A stretch of 64,000 nt of DNA from Holothuria leucospilota (taxonomy: Eukaryota). Of this stretch, positions 36,213 through 48,904 are shown piece by piece. How positions within the stretch are numbered: position 1 is the stretch's first letter; the number at the start of each line of letters is the position of its first letter. The notes under the pieces are model-generated. The model was not told the origin of the DNA and made no database searches. It saw only the letters and a program-made list of their open reading frames with translations. The stretch spans positions 6,720,493-6,784,492 of the forward strand of contig CM055976.1 of NCBI GenBank assembly GCA_029531755.1. The letters are read 5' to 3'. Position numbers and translations under genes: made by a program.

Positions 36213-36412
36213 CCACTTACCTGGCCAGGAGTATCCGTGATCACGACGCGGAGCTCCCAGTGGGACCTGTTCTATTCAGCCAGTCTAGAACGGGACCACT
36301 GTCGGGTGGTTTAGTTTGTCCCTTGGGGACGTTGTTACTCCTTCGGGAGCAGAACTCCTTCCGGAGTATTGTTTGGTTTTCGCCCCTGGCTCTTCGCCAG
36401 AGAGTTGAGGGG
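36213..36412 (+). ncRNA. U1 snRNA-like sequence, copy A, ~200 nt
   Basis: The 5' end is ACUUACCUGGC, the 5' splice-site pairing sequence. The stem-loop I loop GUGAUCACGACG matches the U1-70K binding loop consensus GAUCACGAAGG. There are UUCGG tetraloop hairpins. An Sm-like site AUUGUUUGG is followed by the terminal stem-loop CCCCUGGCUCUUCGCCAGAGAGUUGAGGGG. Confidence 0.6.
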
Positions 36413-37377
36413 AATTTCCTTACTCCAAATCCAGAAATGGATTGATATCTGGATATATCTGGCTAAATACAGTCTTTATATAGCCATATCAAGCCAGATA
36501 TACAGCCAGACTTAGATGCCTTGATACATTATATCAAGTTTTATATGGCCATATCAAGCCAGATATAACTTGATGAAATGCCAGTCCAGATATGTAAATA
36601 CAGTTTTATATGGCCATATCAAGCCAGATATAACTTGATGAAATGCCAATCCAGATATGTAAATACAGTTTTATATGACCATATCAAGCCAGATATAACT
36701 TGATACAATGCAATTCCAGATATGCAAATAAAGTTTTATATGGCCATATCAAGCCAGATATAACTTGATGAAATGCCAGTCCAGATATGTTAATAAAGTT
36801 TTATATGGCCATATCAAGCCAGATATAACTTGATACAATGCAATTCCAGATATGTAAATAAAGTTTTATATGGCCATATCAAGCCAGATATAACTTGATA
36901 TGCTAGATATGCAAATGAGCATTTTGTTAGTTTGTTTTATTATTGATTTGATTTGATTCTTGGATTATGCTTGTTACAAACTAAGACATGTTTTGGATAC
37001 AGCATCACATTCCCAGACATTGCAGTTATTTAGTGGCCACACTTTTGTTAATAGTGTTAATAGTGCACAGTGTACTAAGTGAACTTAGGTAAATGATTTG
37101 CATATTTGGGCGGAGCTTGTATCTAAACCTACATTTTTCATGATTTAGGAAGTTGAAAGTAAAATATGCACTACGCAGTAAACAAAATTTAGAGTCAAAT
37201 ACGTAATAAAGTTTAAAATAAGAAGCCCATATCACTGTGATTACATAAAAGAGGAAATTTCAAGGCATTTTTCTGTTCACTGTTATGAAATAAGTTGAAT
37301 TTATGTACTTAAGTCAATTCAGCCTAATACGTACGTTAAATTCTAATTCATGGAGCACTTAAACATTGTTTGCTGGT

Positions 37378-37472
37378 GTCCCTTGGGGACGTTGTTACTC
37401 CTTCGGGGAGCAGAACTCCTTCGGGAGTATTGTTTGGTTTTCGCCCCTGGCTCTTCGCCAGAGAGTCAGGGG
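37378..37472 (+). ncRNA. U1 snRNA-like 3' fragment (Sm site plus terminal stem-loop)
   Basis: It is identical to the 3' half of the full copy at 38062-38280. Confidence 0.5.
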
Positions 37473-37867
37473 ACTTTTGGAAAAAAAAAAGGTGTTCAAT
37501 ACCACCGAAATGGTTTTTGAGTCTAATTTCATGTCAAACGGTTCGTTATTAAGATTTATTAAATGTGACATAACAACACGCGTGGAAGCGGATTTTTCGA
37601 GACTTGGCAGGGAAAAGTTCCTTGACTTGTGGGTCAAGGGGGTCTCCTTTGTCTCGGTTTGTGGGAACAAACTAGCTTTTAAGTCATATATGGTGTAACT
37701 TGAGAAGTCACCTTTGTTTCTTTTGTTAGTTTAAAAATGTCATTTTTTTTGTTTAAGTCCATTTATGTAAACATTTTTCTTGTACATACATACTTTGTAA
37801 ATATTTCTGTATGCATATGTGTATGGTAACAGTTATTGTGAATAAACTTGAAAGAACGGTGTTCAGT

Positions 37868-38038
37868 ACCAGGGTGGGACCTGTTCTATTCAGCCAGTCT
37901 AGAACGGGACCACTGTCAGGTGGTGTCAGTTAAGTCAAAGTTTGTCCCTTGGGGACGTTGTTACTCCTTCGGGGAGCAGAACTCCTTCGGGAGTATTGTT
38001 TGGTTTTCGCCCCTGGCTCTTCGCCAGAGAGTCAGGGG
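37868..38038 (+). ncRNA. 5'-truncated U1 snRNA-like copy, lacking the 5' splice-site sequence and most of stem-loop I
   Basis: It begins at ccagggtgggaccug and is collinear with 38100-38276 of the full copy. Confidence 0.5.
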
Positions 38039-38061
38039 ACTTTTGGAAAAAAAGGTGTTCA

Positions 38062-38280
38062 ATACTTACCTGGCGCAGGAGTATCCGTGATCACGACGGC
38101 GGAGCTCCCAGGTGGGACCTGTTCTATTCAGCCAGTCCAGAACGGGACCACTGTCAGGTGGTGTCAGTTAAGTCAAAGTTTGTCCCTTGGGGACGTTGTT
38201 ACTCCTTCGGGGAGCAGAACTCCTTCGGGAGTATTGTTTGGTTTTCGCCCCTGGCTCTTCGCCAGAGAGTCAGGGGACTT
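38062..38280 (+). ncRNA. U1 snRNA-like sequence, full-length copy D, ~219 nt, with a ~20-nt insertion relative to copy A
   Basis: It reads AUACUUACCUGGCGCAGGAGUAUCCGUGAUCACGACGG...AUUGUUUGG...CCCCUGGCUCUUCGCCAGAGAGUCAGGGG. It directly follows copy C head-to-tail through the shared 3' flank cttttggaaaaaaaggtgttcaa. Confidence 0.6.
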
Positions 38281-38329
38281 TTGGAAAAAAAAAAGGTGTT
38301 CAAAGTCTCCATGAGGAGAGTGGACTATA

Positions 38330-39300
38330 AGTCCTAACTATGATTCATAACTAGAGCAGATAAGGTCCGGATACAATTTTATCTGTGCCATATATAGGCT
38401 TGATCCAGATAGAACTTTATCTGGCCATATATGATTTAGATCTGGTTCTGGTTTAGATTTGTGTTATATCTGCCTAACTTTTTATTTGATCTGATATAAA
38501 TTCCATATCTGGTGCAGATATGGGCCATATATGGAAATACATTCTGCTTATATAAGGACCATATCTGGTCCAGATAAAATTTTATCTGTTCCATATAAAG
38601 ACTTGATCCAGATAAAACTTTATCTGGCCATATATGGCTTAGATCTGGTTCTGGCGTAGATCTGGGTTATATCTGCCCAATTTTTTATCTGGCCCAGATA
38701 TAAATCCCATATCTGCAGCAGATATGGGCCAGATATGAAATCCATATCTGGCCCATATCTGTATTTCGAGTAAGGGTTTAGAAAAAGGGGAAAAAAGGTG
38801 TTCAGTGTCTCCAAGAGGAGTGTGGACTATAAGTCCTAACTATGATTCATAACTACAGCTGATATGGTCTGGATACAATTTTATCTGTGCCATATAAAGA
38901 CTTGATACAGATAGAACTTTATCTGGCCATATATGGTTTAGATCTGGTTCTGGTTTAGATCTGTGTTATATCTACCCAAGTTTTCATCTGATCTGATAGT
39001 AAATTCCATATCTGGTGCAGATATGGGCCATATATGGAAATATATTCTGCTCATATAAGGACCATATCTGGTCCAGATAAAATTTTATCTGTTCCATATA
39101 AAGACTTGATGCAGATAAAACTTTATCTGGCCATATGTGGCTAAGATCTGGTTCTGGCATAGATCTGGGTTATATCTGCCCAATTTTTTATCTGGCCCAG
39201 ATGTAAATCCTATATCTGCAGCAGATATGGGCCAGATATGAAATCCATATCTGGTCCATATATGGAATTTCATATCTGGCCCATATCTGGATTTCGAGTA
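38330..39300. repeat. satellite family 2: two tandem ~490-bp higher-order units built from ccatatctgg and ccagatat palindromic cores
   Basis: Units at 38318-38810 and 38810-39300 are collinear and about 90% identical. Each begins with aaaaaaggtgttca, the same motif that flanks the U1-like 3' ends. Confidence 0.75.
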
Positions 39301-41019
39301 AGGGTTAAGTGTGGGTATGAAAGTTCAAACTTGAAGAAATTTAATAAGCATGGGTACAGGATCTGACCAGGTGGTATGGGTGCAGGTACATGGTCATTAG
39401 TAATTATAAGCATCACCAGCTACTATCATGAGTACAAGAATAATTAGGTATACTGTACTTACTATACTTACTATACTTACTTACTTACTTACTATACTCT
39501 ATATGAGTATCATATGGTATCTGGAATATGTACAAAGTTCTAAAACACAACCACTGCAATGTCTGGTACTCAGGGGCCCTCCTCTGGGGGGCACCCCAAA
39601 TTTTTGCTAGCCACTCAAAAAATGCACAAATGTCATAAAGGCTAGTAGTGAAGACATAGATATCCCCAGAAATATTAGCTTAAAACATAGTAAAGCCCAG
39701 TTACAAATTATATCTACATATTGTAGCCCCACCCTCACCCACCTCCCCCCCCCCAAAAAAAAATATGTCCCTACATCCTTACAGTTGCGCCTGCTGATGC
39801 CTGTACTGACATGTCATCATCTCTATGGTTTGAAGAAAAGTGCAATTTTCATACCTGTTACACTACTTGATTTCAAGTACACAAAACTTACTCATAACTT
39901 TGGGAAATTAGTATTATTTTCTGATCCCTATAAACATAGCTAATTCACTGCCATTTTGTGTGATTGGACTTCACACCTTGTCATCCTAAAGGTTGATGGT
40001 CATGCAATGCTTGAATAGGTTAATCAACTTGAACCACGGGCTTGTTGTATGAACAAAGGATGTGTTGGAGCAACTACCTGTTTACAGCACAATCAAAGCC
40101 AATTAACAGTTTTTACAACAAAAGCAGTCAGATTTGCTGGGTCTGAGAGTTTAAGAGGAGACTATACATATCTCCAAAGCACTGGAAAGTTCAAAGAAAA
40201 TGCAAACTACACTAGCTGTATGGTACCTAATAATACCTTGAGTTGAGCCTAATCCATTCACTGGTACAATATGTGCCTATTGACTGTTTCACACCTTGCA
40301 CAATGCAAACAATGAACATAGGTCTGTGCCTTGCCTTGCAGTATGTGGTCAGTGAATCTCCTAAAATCCTCCTATTCAAACCATAAAGTTATTGGCTCTG
40401 AAGGAGGTGATACTTTTTTGCATCCTGCCTCTTTAACAAATCTTACAAAAAGGATATACTAAGGAAGGCTTAGTATTAAACTGCTACAAAGGAGGTGCTT
40501 CTTGCATTTGTAAGTTTTATCCAGATAAGATGTAAACAAACTGTCTATAACAGCATAGGCCTAGGTCAATAGCTTCTGCTGATGTTTAGATGAATTTTGC
40601 AGTAGTAACTGTACAGATCAGTCATGTACATAAATGGAGCTTAAATTTCGTAAACTTAGTTCAAGGACTTTTGCACTATAATTTGATAAGGATATATGAG
40701 GGAAGGTGGTGGGTGGGGATCAACTGGGAGAGTAGGCTGTAGGCCAGAAGGCCTATGTGATATTGCCAACATCACAAATCCTGGTTACAATTAAAGGCAG
40801 TCCTCAGATTTGACCCCAGTTGCACAATAGACCCACATGTTCTGAAGTATTAACCACAGTGTATGTTGCATCACACAGTATTAGTAGAATACACCTGTAG
40901 TAAGTCAAGACTAGATTTGTACATGCGGTACCAGTTCTGCTAGAAAGTTCAGCGTTACATTAAGTTACGTAGTCGTTCCTTGCTACCTTTAGTATACTAT
41001 AGCCTTACCTGAGTTAGTT

Positions 41020-41200
41020 AGATGAAATTTAACGACACACCAACACAAAGGTGTTATATAGTGTGTTAAGCAAAGTTTAAATACGGCGCAAGTCCTTCCC
41101 TTTAGTCGCCTCTTACGACAGGCGGGAAATACCGTGGGCATATTCTACAACCCACAGTCATGTACACACATGACAGCCCACATGGGGCGCCTTTACCTGG
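41020..41200 (+). repeat. ~170-bp interspersed repeat (SINE-like?); a second copy lies at 52960-53160
   Basis: Both copies share gatga..tttaacgacaca..aacaca...gtgttatatagtgt...tttagtcgcct.ttacgacag.cgg.aataccgtgggcatattc.acaaccc.cag. The second copy ends in (T)18. Confidence 0.4.
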
Positions 41201-44200
41201 GGAAAACAGTTCATTGACTGGTACGGTTTTATGGTTCAGTTCTAATGAGTTCATCATCATACTGCAGTATTAACAACTCACCTCCCCCATGGACGACACA
41301 CGGTGCAGACACAGTATGAGTAAGAGGCTTCTTAAAAACTTTTAGGTTAAGTCTATCTAGCAAGCGCTAAGAATGCTTGTAACCACTTGCCAGCTGCTGC
41401 ACTTGCACAAGACCAGCTGCTGATATACTGGACACGTACGGTAGAACTTTCATGCAGCCAGCCAGCATAAGAGCTTTGAACAGTATATTGTTGGGCCTAT
41501 CCCTAACAGTTAGAATCATGGGCGTAGATCCCGGGGGGATGGGGGGATATATCCCCCCAACATTTGACTAGGGGGGATGGCCCATGCAATCATCCCCCCC
41601 CCCCCAATGTTTCAGTCTACAGATACGTTTATGGTGGAAAGTATATTTTATTCTTCATTTTCGTAAGAATTTTTTTCAATCTCGCTTCACTTTCTATCAC
41701 AAATCAAACTCAAACTATCAGAATTTTAGCAAATCGTTGGCAATCTATCGAAATTTTCGCGCGCTCCGCGCGCTTCCAACCTTACGTCAGTGTCACTTAT
41801 ATTATCAATATCTTCCGATAGCAACATTCGGAAAAGCACAGCAGCAAAAAGTTGAAGTTTACGAATTAACAGGTTAAAGACTGGCTTATGGGAGTGGCAT
41901 ATAGGTTGTTGGGCAATTGAAAGTGTCTCAATGTAGAGTCTGAATGCAGGTTTTGTAATGGGAATATTATTCGTCACTGTTTACACTCCATGTTATGACC
42001 ATTATTTAGGTAATAATACACGAAACTGTTCTGATCACGGCACTTTCCGAAGAACAGAGATGCATCCCCAAACATCTGTGGGGACCTCGCATCAATATGG
42101 GATCTGTCAATCTAATATGTAGCATGATGTAGAAGGTTGAAAGTACGTATCTGCCGTTAAACACTTTCCCAAAAATTTTTAACAGAGCTTCGCCAGTTCG
42201 CGCTGAGCCATTATCGGTATAGATGGTGATTGTTAATACACTTATGACGAAAACAGCACTCTTTAACGCTCTTATTAGTCCTTCACCCCTTTTGCTACAC
42301 AAATCAGGGAGGTCTAATATCACCTCTCTGCACCTATACTCTCCCTCCCTCTCATTTTCAATTGCTGGCAGCTGTTCGCCCGGATTTTAGTTCAAAAGTA
42401 GTAAAAATACGATATAGTTGTAAAGTGTTCGGCGGCGTACTCTATTATCATTTGGATGTCAGGTAGTATACGCATTATGTCATTCCCCCCCCCCCCCCGC
42501 CCCAATTATTATGATTAATGCAGAGCTTCCAGGAGGTCCTATTCAGGTATCTGCTAGCCTTATGTGCCCTTTCATAATGCACAATGAAGGAAAGGACATA
42601 TTTCGTTATAACTCAAGAATGTTTTTGTGAACTCCACGCACACATTTTTGTGTAAAAACTTTCCCGAAATAGAAGGCAGTAAAATAGACATAAGGGAGGG
42701 GGCTTCAGGAGATTTGTTGACAACGTATCTCTCTCTTAATAGACAACATATTCTCTTTTACCTAACCAAAAATTAGCATTCACTAAATTATGGACATTTT
42801 CCGGCCATATATGATCAGTTCCAAAACATCCCAAAGATAGCACCATTTTGCATCTAAAAGTCCTTAAATTAATAAAAAAAAATCTTAAAGGGGAGGGGGA
42901 ACCTCTTCCCCAGGACGACACCTTTTGGTAGTGACAAACGAAAGATCAAAACTGCTGCATGCAAATGCAGGAACGCATAAAAAACAAAGGTGTAATTTAC
43001 GCAGACTTGGGGGAACTGAGCTATTATTACGACATCATCTATGGTGCTCCCAATCACAAAAAACCTGGCGACGCCACTGATCTCAAGCCAACTTGCAGGT
43101 CTTGTAATGATCTCCGAACTCAAAATACAGTTGTCTGGGATGACCCTATATGTTGATCCCTGCCTTTTTGAGCTTAGCAGGACATTGTTGCTCTTGTACA
43201 ATTCCAATCCGGTGCAGCTTATCGACGAGTGCTCAAAATAGCAGTTCCTAAATGTATGAATATACCAATAGCCTACCAAAGAACATTACCACTGAAATTA
43301 ACCCCTTAAAACAGTCTTCCTGGCACTTCTGAGACATTAAAACCAAGGAGCTTCCGGGGGCTTCGCCCCCTGGACCCCCACCGGGGCTTTGCCCCTGGAC
43401 CCTACCAGGGGCCCTAAGGCGGGCCCCTGGACCCCACCCGTCGTGGGCTCGCGCTTCGCGCTCGCCGTGCACGCTTCGCGTGCACATGTTCCACGGTTGC
43501 GATGGTTCACCCCATCCCCCCCAAAGTTGAAAAGAAATCTATGCCCCTGGTTAGAATTCTGTTCAAGCTGCAACTTAACTATGTGTGCTGTATACGATTC
43601 ATTGGTTCAATATATACACTGCACATGCATGAAGACATATATGACTGCAGCTGGTTTTGCATGGGCATTGACAAACATTGTCCTGTTGGCTTTTCTAGTA
43701 GACTAACGTGTCCGTACAACCTGAAGCCTGCAGTAGCTGCAGATAGCATGCCATATATATTAAAGAGCCTGGAATATAACCAGAGACACTGGAGCCTGCA
43801 TGCATTTTAGCCTTCAAGCCCTTTCACTTTACCATGATGACGTTGATAAAAATTTACCTCTGAAGGCCAGAAATCAAGCCCTAGGTGATGCCTGTATTAC
43901 TTATATTTGATGTGCTTACACAACCTTCCCCATTGTCAGGTTTTTAGGTTGCTTCCCCTTCCCCCCACCAGGGCACCTTGCCCTCCACAGGCAGTCCTGG
44001 CATAATCATAGCCTATTGCACTATTCTCAGACTGCTTTGTAAGTAAACACTATAAGTCTCAGCTAGTTAGTTAGAGGTCAGTGAGCACCCCCACTACCCA
44101 TACCTGCCAACTCTCACGGTTTCACCGTGAGTCTCACAGTTTGGGGCATCATCTCACGGCAAAATTTTCAAATCTCAAGGTAAAATAAAATTATTCAAAC

Positions 44201-44867
44201 AGATGTAAGCCGTAAACTACACAGCAAATAACAGCTCCAACTCGGAAAAAACGGGTTGGTTTCCCATCGTTGGGAAAAAAATCGCATATTTTGGCAGAAA
44301 AATATCCCACCGGAAAATACTGAAATGCAGGCTAGCCTAGTCAGGCTACTGTTTCATATATAGTTAATTCAATTTTGCCTTGCACTCTGATCAGATCTGG
44401 CAACGATTACGAAATTTGAGACCAATATTCGTAAGCCAAACACGTAGGGCAATAGGCCAGGCTACATAGTGTTGCCTGGCATACCTAACCTGGCCTGCCC
44501 ATGCAACTCCTGATTGCTATCTTATCTATCATGTATAAAAAAATGAGGTGCGTAATCACTCGCTCAACGCATGGTACATCGTCGCCGTCCCGATGGACAG
44601 ATGGAAATTCGTATAAACTACAGTAAAAACAAAAAAACCCCGACGACTTCTTTAACCCAAACTGCATGGGCGTTTGAGAGCGAAAGCTGCAGCCCCCTAA
44701 AATATAATTGTGAAAATTTGGGTAATATGAAAAGAACTTTTGTGAGACGTCACTAGAGAATTACAAACTGTGGTAACAAAGTTTCGTTTCGTTAAATCAG
44801 TAATTTAGACTAACATTCTATGATTGTCTACGAAGCTCTAGATAGGACATGGTAAAAATTTTTTTTA

Positions 44868-45010
44868 TTACGTACGTACGTAATAATTATTACGTACGTA
44901 CGTAATAAATATTACGTACGTACGTAGTATTATTACGTACGTACGTGATAATTATCACGTACGTACGTAATAATTATTACGTACGTACGTAATAATTATC
45001 ACGTACGTAG
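44868..45010. repeat. palindromic minisatellite (TTATTACGTACGTACGTAATAA-type unit, ~23 bp); further arrays lie at 47835-47948 and 52085-52262
   Basis: Tandem units are read directly. All three arrays share flanking sequence and so belong to one interspersed repeat family. Confidence 0.85.
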
Positions 45011-45092
45011 GTCGTGGTACTTTCTATGTACGAACGCAGATACAGCCCTATGGTAATCAGCCCATTTATTATGAAGGGTTTTAAAGGATTAA

Positions 45093-45508
45093 AGCCGCGG
45101 TCACACTACAACGAATTCGGATCGGATTCTGATCCGATTTTTGTGAGTTTTTGTTAAAATCTTCTCCATTTCGGGTCAGAAAGAGCCCAAAATTTTCAAA
45201 CCAGTGTAAATATATAATTTGCATCAGAGGTCTAGGAAAATGAAATTTTAACTGATTTTTTCGTGACGTCACACCGACAGACACTTTTTATCGGACACGC
45301 GTAGTTCGATGAAAGCTGTCTATCGATGTGACGTCACGAAATAATTCGTATAAATTTAATTTTCGCAGTCCTGCGATAAAAATCATACATTTACATAGGT
45401 TGGCAAATCATTGGGTTCTTTCCGACCCAAAATGGAGAAGATTTTAATAAAAACTCACAAAAATCGGATCGGAATCCGATCCGAATTCGTTGTAGTGTGA
45501 CCGCGGCT
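45093..45508. mobile_element. PIF/Harbinger-like (Tourist-type) MITE, 416 bp, with ~85-bp TIRs and a 3-bp TSD TAA
   Basis: The TIR AGCCGCGGTCACACTACAACGAATTCGGATCGGATTCTGATCCGATTTTTGTGAG... is matched by ...GTGTGACCGCGGCT at the other end. TAA sits at 45090-45092 and 45509-45511. The paralogous empty site in the inverted copy reads ggattaacttggac with a single TAA. Confidence 0.6.
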
Positions 45509-48500
45509 TAACTTGGACACTTCAATTGTATACTACAGGCCTACATACAACAACAAATGGTGAACCGCAGGAAATTACTGGGGTGTCAAATACTGTCCAT
45601 GTAGATTGGCGGTACTAGTATATGCTGTCAAAGTGCTTGCAGTTACTATACGCACCCTTGCCCAGCCTATACTCAGTACGGAGCGCCTGTGCACGAAACT
45701 CTCTTGAAGGTCCATTTAAGTTAAGCCAGTGACTAACAAAAAAAGGGCCCTTTGAGTCATCAGTCCCTAAAAAATGAAGTGGTCAGGTACCTTCAGCTCA
45801 GAGGCGTCGCCAAACTTTTTGAAGTGGGGGCACTGGGTGGCATAATGTTCCACCAAAGGGACACACTAACATGAGGGACTGAGCCGCCTTGAAGGAGTTG
45901 TGGTAACACAAAGTGGTTCCTTCCTCTGAAGGCGTTGGGGCCCAGGGCCCTTCGTATGGTCCTGGTGGGATCCAAGGAGAAGACCCCGGTGAGGGTACAA
46001 GGGGAAAGTCCCCCGAGTCCCCCTTCTTATTTTGTTATCTGCAAATAGCATTACATGGAAAGTAAGCAGACCACAAAATAAAATTCACAACTTTACCTAA
46101 TTTGGACTGACAATAGACTGATTCGGGCTGGGGGTCAGTGTATCTGCCGGATTATGTTATGGTTTGCATTGGGCTACATAAATCCACTTATCTGCCCAGT
46201 AGGAGTTAATGTTGGAAATAACCCTTACAATTAGCGAAGTGATTCTCAATCTTCCTGAGGGTGAGGGCTAAACTGCGTTACAATGGGCTGAGGCCGAGGG
46301 CTGCAAGGGATGATCTCAGGATTAGAGAGAGGACACTCTCGCCAAGGCGAAATTCATACGTAGGAGGTCGCTCAGCTGTATCTGTGGCAAATAGGGGCAG
46401 AGTTTTAAAGGAACGAAATTTTCTTAAGAAAGTTTTTTTAAGAGGGCAACCTGCAACCTTACAGCATCCTACGGGACCCGCCAGACCTCAGCCCGACCAT
46501 GGCTTTCCAGACGCCCTAGATGGCTGGAACTCGCACTTTGAACCACAAATTTGTGTCAACAATTTCGTGTGGCGAAAGGATTTTCCCGAGAGGGTGTCTT
46601 ATCTCCCCAACGGGAGGGTAAAATGGAAACCCCAGAAAAAAAAAGTGACGGGTTGCCGAAAGGATGGGCAGTGCGAAAATTTTGGGCATTCCCTTTGAAA
46701 ACAAATTGAAAATTTAGGTTTTCATTAAGAGTCTGCCCTTCTTTAGAGCCAATTGAAGAAACTCGTCGGTCGGCTGGTCCTTGTTGGGGGATTACTTACT
46801 TTATCATAAATTTTACGCCCCCAACGAAACTGGCATTTCCCTGAGAGGAAGTCTTCCCGAAGGAGGGTCATTTCTCTCGCCCTTATCCCTGTCTAAAATT
46901 CTGTTTCTAGCATGCTTGAGTGACCAGTTTGATCATTTCGATGTTTTCATGCAGAGGTCTGCGATACACGACGATACACAATTGCCATCCCACGAAGTAG
47001 GTTGCGACAAACCAGACCCTTTTCACGGAAGATACGGGTCGCACTTATCCTACGCTAGTGGCTAGTAAGCTCTCGATCAGTTGTTCTCGATTACAGATTT
47101 TCTGGTCAGACAGAGAAGATGGGATGAGGCCAAGGGCCGCATTCCAGAATTTCGAAAAGAAACCCTTAAAGTTGATGAAACGACTCTATTTCATGTATCA
47201 GAGTTGTGGAAAGAGGGAGCGCGTGTAAAACCGTCACAAAAACATTGTTAGGTGATGCCAGGCAGCGTTTACATTTGATCAGTTGATTTAGTTTCCACAA
47301 GACTTATTAAAAGGTAACTTGCAGAGATTCTAATTTCAGGGATCAATCAACACACGTTTAACAAGATACGTTCAGGAATTGTACAATTACTCCACGCAGC
47401 AATTAAGGCGTATACTCTTGCTTCAAACTACAAATACCACACTCCGTAATTCACCACTGCACAGGCTAAATGTCACCATTATATTTATATAGACATAACT
47501 ATGATGCCACCGTGTATAAAATATGACTGTCACCAACACGGGACACGAAACAAAATACCCAATCTTGGGTAGGTATGGCTAAACAAGAAATATATGCCCT
47601 ACAGCCTGACACGTAAGGGCAGCACACACTGCACTGACCCGACTGCGACCCGACTGAAAGCCAGTCTGGTTGCAGTCAGGTTGGGTCAAGGTGCGCAAAA
47701 TATTGTTTCCAACCCGTTTGCCATTCGACAGTAGGTCCTCGTCTTTACCGAATAGGGCATATCAAACATGCTTGATATTCATCGGGTGGGGGGGGGGGAC
47801 TTCGTACAAAGCTCTTGATAGGAAAGGTAAAAAAAATTATTACGTACGTACGTACGTAATAATTATTACGTACGTACGTGATATTATTACATACGTACGT
47901 AATAATTATTACGTACGTACGTGATATTATTACGTACGTACGTGATAATTATCACTTTAGTACGTGACTCTAATACGAATGTAGATACAGTGCTATGATA
48001 ATAAGCCCATTTATTATGAAAGGATTCATCTTAGGGTAGATTATTCTGGACACTTTAATTGTGCATTAATTGACCTTCATACAATCACAAGGTGGTTGAC
48101 CGCAGGAATTACTAGGTGTTAGATACTGTCCTTTTAACTCAGGGGTGGGGAACCTCCGGCCCGCGGGCCGTATGCGGCCCGCGAGACCATTTCATCCGGC
48201 CCTCGAGGCAATTCACAAATGACAATTCAAAATCACTTAAACTAATTGATAATAATCTCTTAGCCTACCGTACGCACAGTTTATCCTGCTTATGCAGTAC
48301 CACTTCTCGTGTATTCACGTAAATCTGTTGTGGAACACTACCAGTATATTAAATCCCTGTATGCTCGATGTAACATGCCAACCGTTTCGTTACACGTAAA
48401 TCGGGTGCCGAATCCCTGTACTTCAGTAGGCCTAGGTAATGGAAGCTTTGCGTGACACTTTAGGCTTCATAACATTGTACAGAATCACACTATCATTTGT

Positions 48501-48904
48501 GTAGTAGATTCGAAAGGGGTTGTGGGACTTAAGAACTGTCACTTCGAAGAGTGAATTTAAAGTCAGAAAGTGGACAATTTTTCAATGTAAATGAGGAAAA
48601 AATAAAGTCAGTTCAAAAATACGCATTTTTTTTCGGCGTGCTTCGCGCGCACCTTTTACTTACGCTCATTCATTATTCCTTCACGCGTAGGTAAAAAGAC
48701 AAACGATCATATTGTGATACTTCTGGCTTGTTTATCCTTGCACATTCTGTGTCATTTAATAATGGTGAATGAGCATTCTATTGTCCACAAATTAGAACAA
48801 ATCCCTGATCTTTTCGGGGCTGCGTCCCAGTTCTTGCCTAGACTTTTCCCCTAGACCCAACCAGGGCCTGTTTGGGGCCCCTTGGCTTGTCCCCTTGGTG
48901 AGAA

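Larger units (their letters stand above)
44790..46390 (+). repeat. copy of an interspersed repeat family carrying the ACGTACGT minisatellite; a diverged partial copy lies at 49870-50560 and an inverted copy at 51555-52310
   Basis: 44790-46390 is collinear with the reverse complement of 52310-51555. The exceptions are a 416-bp MITE insertion (45093-45508) and a ~410-bp block (45742-46150) that is also present at 50090-50500. Confidence 0.7.

Noticed and set aside
37366-38337. ORFs of 110-131 aa overlapping the U1-like copies
   Set aside because: They translate the repeated snRNA-like sequence in several frames and on both strands. This is ORF redundancy typical of tandem non-coding repeats.
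43248-43810. GC-rich block with overlapping ORFs on both strands (candidate gene or CpG-island promoter)
   Set aside because: There is no consistent frame, no splice signals and no recognisable domain. The composition is driven by ggggc/gcccc and cgcttcgcg palindromes, so it is more likely a repeat fragment.
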